The notes beneath the pieces were generated by a model that ran no database searches, was not told the origin of the DNA, and saw only the letters and a list, made by a program, of their open reading frames with translations. A stretch of 64,000 nt of DNA from Candidatus Cloacimonadales bacterium. Lineage in GTDB: Bacteria > Cloacimonadota > Cloacimonadia > Cloacimonadales > JAFGVF01. Below, piece by piece: positions 33,490-43,734 of the stretch; position 1 is the stretch's first letter; the number at the start of each line of letters is the position of its first letter. The position numbers and the translations under genes are program-made. Where the stretch lies: assembly GCA_963678315.1 (NCBI GenBank), contig OY782781.1, forward strand, positions 2,912,001 through 2,976,000, read 5' to 3'.

Positions 33490-35511
33490 TTATATTATCC
33501 GTTTAAATTTCTTTTTGAAATCATCCACACCATACTTGATGATTAAAGGTCTTCCGTGTGGACAATAATAAGGTACTTGACAGCCAAAAAGGTCACCTAT
33601 CAACTTAACCATCTCTTTTGCAGTAAGCATTTTCCCTGCTTTTATTGCAGCTTTACAAGATACTGATTTAGCAATACTATCTCTAAAATCCTCTGTTTCT
33701 TCATATTCTTCATCAAGTTGCTGTAGAATCTCCAAGAAGATATCTCCTCCACCCCATTCTTCGAGTTCAACCGGAATTTCATCAATCACAAGTGAGTTTC
33801 CAGAGAAAGTTTTTACTGAGAAACCGATACTATAGAATACTTCTAAATTATCTTCTATCAACTCTTTCACTGTAGAAGAAATATAGTTTGGTAAGTCTAT
33901 TACGAGTGGGAAAAGAAGTTTTTGAGTTTCTGGCTCTTCACCTCGTATTCTACTCATAATCTTTTCATAAAGAATACGTTCATGGGCAGCATGCTGATCA
34001 ATAACCATTAAATCTTCGCCAACTTGAATGAAGATAAATGTATTTTGAAACTGCCAAGGATTAACAGCATCTATTTCACTTTTTACAGGCAAGCCAAGAT
34101 GTCTATTTTCAGGTACTTCTATAGATTTGCTATCTTCATTAGAATCAGCTTGCTCAAATATATTAGCTTGAACAACCTGTTGAAATTCTTTCTTATAAGT
34201 TGAGAATCTAGGTATTTGTTCCTTAGTATAATTGTGTTCAGAACTAAGTCTAGAAGTGTTATTTGCAGAGACAGTATCTGGGTTTGATGGAAGCTTCATC
34301 TTTTGATTATCTTGAAGTGTCTCCTTTCTCCTTTCTTCAGACTTACCATAATCTGATATAGCTTGTGGATACATCTCTCGCTGAACATCTGGCGTGTTTT
34401 CTTCAATAATCCTTTGTGCTTGCACTTCAGAAAACTGTCTTGCTGATTGAGCAAACCCACTTCCAAATTTCCTTTTTATCTCTTGGAAACGTTCTTCTTG
34501 CAAAAGATTTAGCTTATTTGAGATAGCTCTTTTTATAGAATCAAATACTAAGTGATTATCTCTAAATCTAACTTCGCGTTTAGCTGGGTGAACATTAATA
34601 TCAATCAGTTCTGGTTCAATTTCTAAGAAAAGAATAAATGGTGGGACTGTACCCTGTTGCATACTTCTTACTTTTGCCATAAATGGCTGGTAAGCAGTCT
34701 TGATTGCTTTAATAATTATCTTATCGTTGATGTATCTTCCATTAATAAAGAGATATTTGAACTTTTCATAGCCTTTATGAAATTCTTCTAGTCCAGAGAT
34801 ATAACCAGTAATATTTAGCTTACCAATATCATATCTAACTTCTACAAAATCCTGATTTTCAAAGGATTTACCAAACACTTCTTTGATTCTTTTCTTATAG
34901 TTCTTAACTGCCGGGTAATTTAACTTTTCTCTACCATTAGCAATTAGTTTAAAAGTAACATTTGGATATAAAATAGATTGATAATGAACATAATTAAGAA
35001 TATGTCTAAACTCTACTAAATCAGATTTTAAGAATTTTCTTCTAGCAGGAATATTATAGAATATTTTACGAACAGAGATTGATGTTCCTCGGTTAGCAGC
35101 TGTTTTACGGACATCTTTAAGAGTTCCGCCCTCAATATAAATATCTGTAGCAACATCAGAATCATTATCTCTAGTAATCAAATTGAATCTACTAATAGAT
35201 GCTATAGAAGGAATTGCCTCACCCCTGAATCCTAAGGTATCAATGTGAATTATATCATCCACTGTCTTAATCTTACTAGTAGCGTGACGTTCTAAACATA
35301 GCATGGCATCATCATTTGACATACCTTGTCCATCATCGATTACTTGAATGAGCTCTTTTCCACCTTTCTCAATTCTAATATAAATGTTCGTAGAACCTGC
35401 ATCAAGAGAGTTCTCAACAAGTTCCTTAACCACAGACACCGGTCGTTCAATTACTTCACCTGCAGCAATTCTGTTTGTTACATTCTCAGATAGAAGCTTT
35501 ATTCTGTTCAT
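33490..35511 (-). CDS. mutL: DNA mismatch repair protein MutL
   Basis: IAAGEVIERP, GFRGEA, DQHAAHER, CPHGRP. Confidence 0.97.
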   Translation of the reverse strand: MNRIKLLSENVTNRIAAGEVIERPVSVVKELVENSLDAGSTNIYIRIEKGGKELIQVIDDGQGMSNDDAMLCLERHATSKIKTVDDIIHIDTLGFRGEAIPSIASISRFNLITRDNDSDVATDIYIEGGTLKDVRKTAANRGTSISVRKIFYNIPARRKFLKSDLVEFRHILNYVHYQSILYPNVTFKLIANGREKLNYPAVKNYKKRIKEVFGKSFENQDFVEVRYDIGKLNITGYISGLEEFHKGYEKFKYLFINGRYINDKIIIKAIKTAYQPFMAKVRSMQQGTVPPFILFLEIEPELIDINVHPAKREVRFRDNHLVFDSIKRAISNKLNLLQEERFQEIKRKFGSGFAQSARQFSEVQAQRIIEENTPDVQREMYPQAISDYGKSEERRKETLQDNQKMKLPSNPDTVSANNTSRLSSEHNYTKEQIPRFSTYKKEFQQVVQANIFEQADSNEDSKSIEVPENRHLGLPVKSEIDAVNPWQFQNTFIFIQVGEDLMVIDQHAAHERILYEKIMSRIRGEEPETQKLLFPLVIDLPNYISSTVKELIEDNLEVFYSIGFSVKTFSGNSLVIDEIPVELEEWGGGDIFLEILQQLDEEYEETEDFRDSIAKSVSCKAAIKAGKMLTAKEMVKLIGDLFGCQVPYYCPHGRPLIIKYGVDDFKKKFKRII

Positions 35512-35525
35512 ATTATTTTAGATCC

Positions 35526-36638
35526 TTAAAATTCCCCATCCATTTCTTGAAAGGCAAGAAATGATTTTAATTTGCTATGCAACACTTCATCTCTTCTGAT
35601 TACATCAATTATTATATTATTAATTTCAGCTTTATTTATGTAGAATTGAGAATAAGTTTTATACTTGTCTTGAGCTATTTGTATAGTCTTATCTCTCTCT
35701 TTTTGAGAATTAATCTTTCTTGACATAATCTCATTTTTTATGTCTCTTTTGAAATCTTGGAATTCAAGTTCGTTATAGCCTGTTTCAGCTCTAAATGATT
35801 CAACAAACTCTTTTGAATACCTAACAGCCATTTCTTTGGTGTTATCTTTGCATAGTTTATAAGCCTTAGAAATAGACCTCTTTTTATTACTATCTACAGC
35901 AAACTTATTCACCATGATTTTTTTATTGTTCTGTGATATCTTGAACCAGGAAGGTACTATATCATTGTATTTTGTATTATCTATTTGAGGCTTTTCAGCA
36001 ACTGCTTCTTCCTCTGCTGTTAACTCTAAGGCTTCAACTCCCTGCTCTTTCAAAATCTTCTTATAAGTCTCTGATTTAGCCATCCATTTAGCTATAGTCT
36101 TTCTTTTCTGGACTTGATCAACATATATTTTATGCAATTCCTTTTTAGGGAAGCCTACAACAACAAAACATCTAACTGAATCATCATTCTTTTCAAGGCT
36201 TTCTGTTTGAATAACTTTGAAATATTTAGAATAGTTATATTCAAAAACTAAACTGTTTAGAGCTCTGATTCTGTTCATCTTGAATCTGCTTGCTGAATCA
36301 CATTCGTGCAATATTTTGCTTGTTAAATTAATGACATAGCCTTTATTAACATGAAGAAATCTTTTTTGAGCTTTATCAACAGCAATTTGCTTAGCTTCAG
36401 TTAAGTCTGCCCCATCACCTATATTATAAGAAAAAATATAAACATCTTCATTTAAACTTTTCCACCAAGAAGGTCTGTAAGAATCATCATAATTATCAAC
36501 ATTACTTGCAACTTCGACAGAAGCTTCTTCATTAGAGTTATTTACACTTTCACTTTGTAATTCTTTATCTTTACTCTTGCAACTTATTGATATTAGTGTC
36601 ATAAAAGCTACCAATAAAATGATATGACTTCTTTTCAT
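35526..36638 (-). CDS. lipoprotein of unknown function with two LPP20-like repeats
   Basis: Lipobox ISISC; RPSWW and VPSWF motifs open two similar halves. Confidence 0.65.
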   Translation of the reverse strand: MKRSHIILLVAFMTLISISCKSKDKELQSESVNNSNEEASVEVASNVDNYDDSYRPSWWKSLNEDVYIFSYNIGDGADLTEAKQIAVDKAQKRFLHVNKGYVINLTSKILHECDSASRFKMNRIRALNSLVFEYNYSKYFKVIQTESLEKNDDSVRCFVVVGFPKKELHKIYVDQVQKRKTIAKWMAKSETYKKILKEQGVEALELTAEEEAVAEKPQIDNTKYNDIVPSWFKISQNNKKIMVNKFAVDSNKKRSISKAYKLCKDNTKEMAVRYSKEFVESFRAETGYNELEFQDFKRDIKNEIMSRKINSQKERDKTIQIAQDKYKTYSQFYINKAEINNIIIDVIRRDEVLHSKLKSFLAFQEMDGEF

Positions 36639-36726
36639 ACATTCCTCCATCTTTATCACTGTTATTTTTTTAATAATTATTCTTCAAAATATTGAAGAAG
36701 ATAATGTCTTGTCAATATTCTTTTTC

Positions 36727-36818
36727 GCCGGTTAGCAGCTCAGCGTTCCCAGTTTTTGCCGGCTAGCAGCCTAGCGTTCCCAGTGTTTGCCGGCTAGCAG
36801 CTCAGCGTTCCCAGTTTT
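36727..36818. repeat. three tandem 31-bp GC-rich REP-like units
   Basis: GCCGG(T/C)TAGCAGC(TC/CT)AGCGTTCCCAG at 36727, 36758 and 36789. Confidence 0.9.
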
Positions 36819-36875
36819 ACAGGTAGAACTAGTGTTTCCATTCAAGTCTTCTTTAGTCCACCTGCTTAAAGTTCC

Positions 36876-37520
36876 CTACCACGTAACTAAATTATAGGCA
36901 TCATCCATGAATTTATAGTCTAGTTTACATGAATAATCAAAAACTTCTTTCATTTTTTTAATAGTCTGTTCATCAACATCACTGCTATACTTTTCAACTA
37001 GACTCTTTATCCATTCTGTTTGCTGCATGAATTCTTGGCTCACATAAGTATCTATCCAAGATTGATATTTATTGTTTTCTACTGTACGTTCTTGAATATA
37101 TTTACCATTTTCCAAATAAACCCAAAAGCATGGTAAGAGGGAAGATAAGCCTATTATAAAGGATTCTTCTTGTACAGTCATCTTCAAAAAACTAGAATAA
37201 GCTAAGCAAGCTGGTTGCATCGTACTTGTATATTCTATATCAAAGCTTTTAAAGAACTCTTGTTGAATTATATATTCAAGTTCATAGGATTCTTGAGCCA
37301 TTCGATACAGTTCATCCTTAAGAACTTCATCTGGAGCTTTATCAGAAAGTAATCTCATTGCGTCAGCATAATGTTTTATATAAAGAGAATCCTGCTGAAT
37401 GAAAAATCTAAATTTTTCTACATTTAAGGTGCCATTAGCTAGCTCTAAAGGGAAATTATGTTCTTTGAACCTTTCGATTGTTGTTCTGGAGTTTGCCCAT
37501 AGTTTATCGCAAATATTCAT
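36876..37520 (-). CDS. tenA: thiaminase II / TenA
   Basis: FIQQDSLY, LLPCFWVY, YQSWIDTY; last gene of the thi operon. Confidence 0.9.
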   Translation of the reverse strand: MNICDKLWANSRTTIERFKEHNFPLELANGTLNVEKFRFFIQQDSLYIKHYADAMRLLSDKAPDEVLKDELYRMAQESYELEYIIQQEFFKSFDIEYTSTMQPACLAYSSFLKMTVQEESFIIGLSSLLPCFWVYLENGKYIQERTVENNKYQSWIDTYVSQEFMQQTEWIKSLVEKYSSDVDEQTIKKMKEVFDYSCKLDYKFMDDAYNLVTW

Positions 37521-38327
37521 TTATTCCCAAGTCTTGTAAAAGTGCTTTACTGGGCTTTTCCCTTTTCCTAGTCGCATACTTGATCCAGCTAGAATCGCGT
37601 GAGTTATATATTCTTTTGCTTTGATTACGGCATCTAATGTTGTGTAACCTTTAGCTATATATGAAGCAATAGCAGAAGAAAGAGTACAGCCGGTTCCATG
37701 ATTATTCTTTGTTTCTATCCTTTGGCTTTTAAACCACTCAACATAGCCAGTATGGTCACAGTACAAATCAGGAATCTCATCATTTTTATAGTAAGAACCT
37801 TTGAGATATACTGATGAACAGCCAAAAGATAACATTTTCTTCGCTGCCTTAAGCATATCATCTTTTGAATTAATACTTACACCGGTTAACTCAGTTGCTT
37901 CCATTTGATTTGGAGTTACAACTCTTGCTAATGGGAAAAGATAGTCCTTAATAGCATCAATTGCATCATTTTCTAATAATTTATCTCCTGATTTAGCTAC
38001 CATAACAGGATCTAAGACTACATCTTTCACTTTATAATCTAAAAGTTTATGTGCAACAGTAGCTATTAGTTCAACTGTACCAAGCATACCAATTTTTACT
38101 GCATTCGCCCCTATATCTTCAAAAACTGAATCAATCTGTTTTCCTACAAATTCTGCATCAACAGGGTATATTCCTTGAACTCCAACAGTATTTTGAGCAG
38201 TGAGAGCAGTTATAGCTGTCATACCATAACATCCTAAAGCACTAAATGTTTTTAAATCTGCTTGAATTCCAGCTCCTCCCCCACTATCTGAGCCTGCAAT
38301 TGAAAGAACTTTATGATAATAAATCAT
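37521..38327 (-). CDS. thiD: HMP/HMP-P kinase
   Basis: IAGSDSGGGAGIQADLK, TAQNT, DPVMVAKSG, HGTGCTLS. Confidence 0.95.
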   Translation of the reverse strand: MIYYHKVLSIAGSDSGGGAGIQADLKTFSALGCYGMTAITALTAQNTVGVQGIYPVDAEFVGKQIDSVFEDIGANAVKIGMLGTVELIATVAHKLLDYKVKDVVLDPVMVAKSGDKLLENDAIDAIKDYLFPLARVVTPNQMEATELTGVSINSKDDMLKAAKKMLSFGCSSVYLKGSYYKNDEIPDLYCDHTGYVEWFKSQRIETKNNHGTGCTLSSAIASYIAKGYTTLDAVIKAKEYITHAILAGSSMRLGKGKSPVKHFYKTWE

Positions 38328-38333
38328 GAAAAT

Positions 38334-38969
38334 CTATATCCTTTTAAACTTATTTATTTTATTTGTAAATTCTCTAGATGCTGCTTCTGGGGAATCTGCA
38401 GAACAAATTGCTGAAACTACAGCAACGCCATCAACACCTGCTTCGAATAACTTTTCTACATTATCAATGTTTATTCCACCTATACCGACAAGCTTATGTG
38501 AAGATAGGCTCTTAATTTTCTTAATACCTTCTAAACCGAGAGGTTTTGCAATATCTAGTTTTGTATTAGTTGAAAATACTGGTGATATACCTAGATAATC
38601 AACGTCTAACTTTTCTGCATCAATTGCATCTTGAATTGTTTCCACTGATAAGCCTATTATAGCACCTTTACCCATTATTCTTCTTGCAACTTGATAAGGA
38701 ATATCGCTTTGACCAATATGAAGTCCTTGAGCATTTACTGCTAAGGCAATATCTAATCTATCATTGATTATCAAGGGAATATTTAATGTTTTCAGAAAGT
38801 TCTTAACTTCTAAAGCAATATTATAGAAGTCTCTTGAAGAACAATCTTTTTCCCTAAGTTGAACAACAGAAACCCCACCAGTAACAGCTTCTTTGATAAC
38901 ATTTATCAAATCTCTGCCATTGGTAAGGTTTCTATCAGTTACCAAATATAAACTATAATCAAGATCCAT
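38334..38969 (-). CDS. thiE: thiamine-phosphate synthase
   Basis: LYLVTD, VQLREK, IINDR, HIGQSD, GIGGI. Confidence 0.95.
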   Translation of the reverse strand: MDLDYSLYLVTDRNLTNGRDLINVIKEAVTGGVSVVQLREKDCSSRDFYNIALEVKNFLKTLNIPLIINDRLDIALAVNAQGLHIGQSDIPYQVARRIMGKGAIIGLSVETIQDAIDAEKLDVDYLGISPVFSTNTKLDIAKPLGLEGIKKIKSLSSHKLVGIGGINIDNVEKLFEAGVDGVAVVSAICSADSPEAASREFTNKINKFKRI

Positions 38970-38971
38970 TT

Positions 38972-39766
38972 CTATGATAGCCTTAAATGGGATACGACAT
39001 CAACTTCAGATAATGTATATAGCTTATCAATGAAGTTCATTTGTAAGGAAGCAGGACCATTTGATGTTTGTACAGCTATTTCACCTGCAATCCCCATGAC
39101 AGACATTGCAGACACACATGCTATTAAATAATTATCATGAACAGCACAGAAAGCACCAACTAATGCTGTTGCAGTACAACCTAGTCCTGTAACCTTCGGC
39201 ATCATTTCATTACCATTATTAACACAAATTGTTCTGTTGCCATCTGTAATTATATCTTGTGGCCCAGAAATTACAACAACACACTTATATTCTGTAGCTA
39301 ATTTTTCTGCATAAGAACGAGCTGTTGAAGTTGAACTTGAGCTATCAACACCTTTTGTCTTAATTGAGCTATCCACTAAAGCCATGATTTCTGAAGCATT
39401 TCCTCTTATTACACTTGGACGTACTTCATTTATTAATTTCAGAACTGTCTCTGTTCTATATTTAGTTGCTCCAGCACCCACAGGGTCAATCACTATTGGT
39501 ATATTCCTCAATTTCGCAGCCTTCATAGCTAGACTCATAGATTCAATCCAATTTTCTGAAAGAGTACCAATATTAATCACTAAAGCTGAAGCTATCATGA
39601 CCATATCTTCAACTTCATCAATAGCATGAGCCATCACTGGAGAAGCTCCAATTGATAAAAGAGCATTAGCAGTATTATTCATCACTACATAATTTGTTAT
39701 ATTATGTACAAGTGGGGATTTTTCTCTTACTTTTTGAACAAGTCCCCATACATCAGAGCTATTCAT
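38972..39766 (-). CDS. thiM: hydroxyethylthiazole kinase
   Basis: PLVHNITNYV, GASPVMA, DPVGAGAT, RGNASEI, TGLGC. Confidence 0.95.
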   Translation of the reverse strand: MNSSDVWGLVQKVREKSPLVHNITNYVVMNNTANALLSIGASPVMAHAIDEVEDMVMIASALVINIGTLSENWIESMSLAMKAAKLRNIPIVIDPVGAGATKYRTETVLKLINEVRPSVIRGNASEIMALVDSSIKTKGVDSSSSTSTARSYAEKLATEYKCVVVISGPQDIITDGNRTICVNNGNEMMPKVTGLGCTATALVGAFCAVHDNYLIACVSAMSVMGIAGEIAVQTSNGPASLQMNFIDKLYTLSEVDVVSHLRLS

Positions 39767-39779
39767 TTTATCTCCTAAT

Positions 39780-40484
39780 CTACTTCTTAATCGCTTTTAC
39801 AGCAACATAATCACCACAATCATATCCAGGAATTGGTTGTTCAATAACATCATCTGAATAAGCAGGGTGCTTAGTTAAAGTTTGTGCAAATTCTAATTCT
39901 ACAAAACCAGCTTTTTCTAGCATAGTTATCTTTTCAGGAGTAGAACGCCAATTTGATTCTTTGATAAATGATATAGGGTAAGCATTAGGTGCCTTAGCAT
40001 CTTCAAAATATGGATTATCCCATGTACCAATTTCTTTTGCTAAATTGTATAAAAGGCCATAAGAGCTCTCTTTTGGTACATCAAGAACTACTATCATTCC
40101 ACCTTTCTTTAATGCTTTATATGCTTTATCAAAAGCTTTTTGCAAGTCATCTATATAGCTTGGAGTACCGTTAAAGATTACAGTATCGTATTGATCTGTG
40201 CCGAATTCAGTTTCCTCAGCAGTGCCGACTGTAACTTTTAGTCCTCTCTTTTGAGCTATTTCAGCCATACCTGTTGCTGGTTCAATACCTTCTGTAATTT
40301 GGATATTGTATTCTTTCTTTAGAATAGCTTCAAATAAGCCACTTCCGCAACCTACTGAAAGAGATTTTCCTGGTTCTTTTAAGAAATGAGCTAGTAAAGC
40401 AGCCTCTGAAGCTAACAAGTTAAGGTTTTTTAAAAACCATTCATCATATTTATCTGCGTATTGATCAAATGCACCATCTATCAT
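39780..40484 (-). CDS. class I SAM-dependent methyltransferase
   Basis: FDQYADKYDEWF, SVGCGSG motif I, ALKKGG. Confidence 0.85.
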   Translation of the reverse strand: MIDGAFDQYADKYDEWFLKNLNLLASEAALLAHFLKEPGKSLSVGCGSGLFEAILKKEYNIQITEGIEPATGMAEIAQKRGLKVTVGTAEETEFGTDQYDTVIFNGTPSYIDDLQKAFDKAYKALKKGGMIVVLDVPKESSYGLLYNLAKEIGTWDNPYFEDAKAPNAYPISFIKESNWRSTPEKITMLEKAGFVELEFAQTLTKHPAYSDDVIEQPIPGYDCGDYVAVKAIKK

Positions 40485-40580
40485 TTGTTTTCCACCTTTA
40501 ATTTTATATTGTTTTTACAAGAAATTATACTGTAATATTTGTCAAGATACATTAAACAGTGAAGATTGTTTGGTAAATCT

Positions 40581-41690
40581 CTATTTCTTTATACTCTCTA
40601 TTATAACGAACTTTTTATTCTGTGCTAGAATTTTAACTTCAGTAAATATTTTTGTTAAGTGTTGTTGGTATCCCAAATGCCTATTTGCAACTATAATTAG
40701 CTTCCCATTGGCTTTTAAAACTTTTTTACTAGCTTCAAAGATTTCTAAGGCTGTAGAAATTGATATTTTATGCTTATCATGAAATGGAGGGTTACAGACT
40801 ATAGCATCAACTCCCACTTCTTTGATAGCATCTAAAGAATTATCTCTGTATATTGAAGCTTCCTTATTTTGTAACTGATTAACCTTGAGGTTATCTTTTG
40901 TTGATTCTATTGCAGAATAACTTATATCACTAAATATCAATCTGCTGATATTTTTTGTCTTTGCTAGATAGATTCCTAAAATCCCATTCCCACAGCATAC
41001 ATCAATTAGTGAATCCCACTTGTCTATATTCATCTTGTCTACATTTTCTAGAAAGAACCTTGTGCCTAAATCTAACTTCTTTGAAGAAAATGAATTTATT
41101 TTATTTACCATTTTGATATTAAATTCAGGAATATCAAGGTGAATATAGTCTTGCACTTCATTATCACAAGCTTTAACTCCAGCAGTTATTACTTTTGCTT
41201 TTTTCCAAGAAAGTGAATAAGTTGTATTTGATAGCTGCTCTGTTAATAAGTTATAAACAGAAGAATTAAGATATTTAACCATAGCCGAGCAAATTACTTT
41301 TGTACCTTCTGGATAGGATGAGTTAATCTTGTCTATTAGGAACTTTAAGTAATCATTGCTTTTGGGAATCTTGATAATAATATAGTCTATCTTTTCAGGA
41401 AATTTCTCATAAGGAGAAAGATGACTTATCTTATCCTGATTTATTCCATTTCTAGAAAAGTTCTCGACTATTCCCTTTTCAGATAAAACAGAATCATTTA
41501 CAAGATAAGCTTTATCATAAGATAGATTTAAGGCTAAAGCTCCAAATTCATCTTCGATTATAAGAACATTACCTAGACTATCTTCATTATCAGTCAAGAA
41601 ACTAATAATATATTCATCTGCAGAATTCCACGCTTGAAAGCTATCATCTGTTCGATATGGATATCTGCATAATTTTATATCTTTTTTCAT
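40581..41690 (-). CDS. rlmG: RlmG/RsmC-like rRNA guanine-N2 methyltransferase
   Basis: QAWNSADEY, DEFGAL, LDLGTRF, DVCCGNG, CNPPFH, VANRHLGY. Confidence 0.75.
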   Translation of the reverse strand: MKKDIKLCRYPYRTDDSFQAWNSADEYIISFLTDNEDSLGNVLIIEDEFGALALNLSYDKAYLVNDSVLSEKGIVENFSRNGINQDKISHLSPYEKFPEKIDYIIIKIPKSNDYLKFLIDKINSSYPEGTKVICSAMVKYLNSSVYNLLTEQLSNTTYSLSWKKAKVITAGVKACDNEVQDYIHLDIPEFNIKMVNKINSFSSKKLDLGTRFFLENVDKMNIDKWDSLIDVCCGNGILGIYLAKTKNISRLIFSDISYSAIESTKDNLKVNQLQNKEASIYRDNSLDAIKEVGVDAIVCNPPFHDKHKISISTALEIFEASKKVLKANGKLIIVANRHLGYQQHLTKIFTEVKILAQNKKFVIIESIKK

Positions 41691-41717
41691 TCTATCTATA
41701 TGTGTTAGCTAATTATC

Positions 41718-42860
41718 TTATCGCATGATTATCTTAGCTAACTTAGTATCAAGATTACCATTTTTTAAAGATTTCTTCCAATGTGCCCTAAGTCTTAATT
41801 TTGGAACTAAGTCAGCAGAGCCGCAAAGAACATAAGCTACACTTGCCGGACACTTCTGTTTAAAGAAGTCACCTAAGTCATTATAGAGCTTTTCTGTTCT
41901 TTTTAAGTCTCCCATCCTTACTCCATAAGGAGGATTACAGACTATTGTTCTATCTTGGCCTGCTTCTAAATCTTGAAACTTAGAAACTTTCAATTCTACT
42001 CTATCACCATAAGGTAATAAACTTAATGATTTCTTTGCAAAAGATAGACTTTTTGAAGATACATCAGAGCCTTGAATCAGCCCCTGTGGCAATGGTACTA
42101 TAGCATCGTTTGCATCTTTTCTTACTCTTTCCCACAATTCTTTATCGAAATCTGGCATATAGTAGATTCCACTATCGTCACGCAAATATCCAGCCGGAAT
42201 CTTACAGTAACGCATGAGAGCTTCCACTAGCAGTGTTCCTGCCCCACACATTACATCCATTAAAACATTCTCTCCATTCCATTCTGTTAACTTAATTACT
42301 ACTGCAGCTAATGTTTCTTGCATAGGAGCGACATTTGTTCCTTTACGATAGTTCCTCTTGTGAAGACTCTTTCCAGCAACATCTATCGATACAGTAGCGA
42401 AGTTCTTTCTGATATGAAGTGAGAAAACTATGTCTGAGTCCTTAGCATCAAAGTCCGGTCTATCTCCATATTTTTCTCTGAACTGGTCACAAATAGCATC
42501 TTTCATGACCTGCCCTGCATATAATGAGTTTTGAATCTTACTATCGCTTACATTAGAAATGATACAAAATCTTTCTTCTAAATCAAATAAGCTAGTCCAA
42601 TCTATATTTTTATAAAGCTGTGAATAAAGGTAATTTTCACTGTGACACTCTAAACTAATTATCGGAGCTAAAACTCTCTGAATCAAACGTGCCTTATAAA
42701 TGATATTATACAATGTCTCTTTGTCACAAGAGAATCTAATACCTCTTGGAACTTCTTGTTCTATCTTTGCCCCAAAAGAAATTAATTCTTCTTTTGCATG
42801 TGCCTCTATGCCACCTGAAACTTGAGCAAAATACTTTTCTGTTTTTATATATTCGTACAT
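41718..42860 (-). CDS. THUMP-domain RNA methyltransferase (RlmL-like)
   Basis: KDAICDQFR, SLHKRNYR, APMQETLAA, DVMCGAGT, CNPPYG. Confidence 0.88.
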   Translation of the reverse strand: MYEYIKTEKYFAQVSGGIEAHAKEELISFGAKIEQEVPRGIRFSCDKETLYNIIYKARLIQRVLAPIISLECHSENYLYSQLYKNIDWTSLFDLEERFCIISNVSDSKIQNSLYAGQVMKDAICDQFREKYGDRPDFDAKDSDIVFSLHIRKNFATVSIDVAGKSLHKRNYRKGTNVAPMQETLAAVVIKLTEWNGENVLMDVMCGAGTLLVEALMRYCKIPAGYLRDDSGIYYMPDFDKELWERVRKDANDAIVPLPQGLIQGSDVSSKSLSFAKKSLSLLPYGDRVELKVSKFQDLEAGQDRTIVCNPPYGVRMGDLKRTEKLYNDLGDFFKQKCPASVAYVLCGSADLVPKLRLRAHWKKSLKNGNLDTKLAKIIMR

Positions 42861-42862
42861 TT

Positions 42863-43306
42863 CTAACTCTTCTTATTTATTTTTCCGGTTAAAGATTCTA
42901 TATCAAAGACTAACATTGTTACTGCCTCAATATGTTTTAGAGAAGCTTGACTGAATTCTCCCCCAAAATGTTCAATCAAACATTTTAAAGCATATTCTTT
43001 TTCTTCCTTGCTTTCACAAAGACTAATTTGACCATAACCCATTACTGAGCGATAACGCATGGTTGAGCCATCTACATAAGAATCAATATCGACAACAAAG
43101 GCTGCTTTAGGATTCTTTTCTATCAACTCAAGTTTATGGCCTTCATTCGCACAATGAATATACAATTTATTATCTTTATATCCATAATTTAATGGCACTA
43201 TATATGGAAATGGCTCATCATGAAGAGCAACTCTACATACAATTCCCTTTCTTAGAATATCTTCCAAAACTTGAATATCTGTTACTTCTCTATCCTTTCT
43301 TCTCAT
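42863..43306 (-). CDS. pyridoxamine 5'-phosphate oxidase-like (NimA-type) flavin-binding protein
   Basis: MRRKDRE, PYIVPLNY, YIHCANEGHK, YRSVMGYG; start reassigned to the ATG with AGGAG RBS. Confidence 0.85.
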   Translation of the reverse strand: MRRKDREVTDIQVLEDILRKGIVCRVALHDEPFPYIVPLNYGYKDNKLYIHCANEGHKLELIEKNPKAAFVVDIDSYVDGSTMRYRSVMGYGQISLCESKEEKEYALKCLIEHFGGEFSQASLKHIEAVTMLVFDIESLTGKINKKS

Positions 43307-43327
43307 AAATACTCCTATCATTCTAAA

Positions 43328-43440
43328 CCCAGATGATATATTAGGCTTGACGAAAATAGTGCAGATTCCATCTAAGCCGGACACGGTATTTCAGCAAAAT
43401 AATATAGTGCTATTTTTCAAGTTCTAATGCATTATTTGGG
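43328..43440. repeat. long imperfect inverted-repeat element, second copy at 45392-45484
   Basis: CCCAGATGAT...GAAAATAGTGC...GTGCTATTTT...ATTTGGG in both copies. Confidence 0.8.
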
Positions 43441-43506
43441 TTAAATATTATTTTTTGATAGGCTGTGTGGATGTCAACGTAAAGTTGTTATAAGATTAAA
43501 AGAACT

Positions 43507-43601
43507 ATCTCTTAGCGTAAGCATGAACTTTCTTGTTCAGCCTAACGGCGGATGCTTACACTCCTTTTTCTGAGACGTTTTTCCAAACGTCTCTACAAAT
43601 T
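43507..43601. repeat. 95-bp direct repeat, second copy at 46935-47029, ending in a GTAG-type REP palindrome
   Basis: One mismatch seen between copies; contains GAGACGTTTTTCCAAACGTCTCTAC. Confidence 0.92.
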
Positions 43602-43734
43602 AACTTTGGGTTGGAAGCATCTTGCTTGCATTTGAGACATTCTGCCGAACATCTCTACCGGTTTAGCATAAAGAAGAGTCTTGACTGGTTCAAGACTCTC
43701 ATATTATCAATTAATATTATTAATTAGTATGATA

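Noticed and set aside
36727..36818. Mini-CRISPR
   Set aside because: 31-bp units are directly adjacent with no spacers
43321..43447. Integron attC site
   Set aside because: Copy 1 has ATTTAAC...GTTTAGA ends on the minus strand but copy 2 lacks them, and no integron integrase is visible
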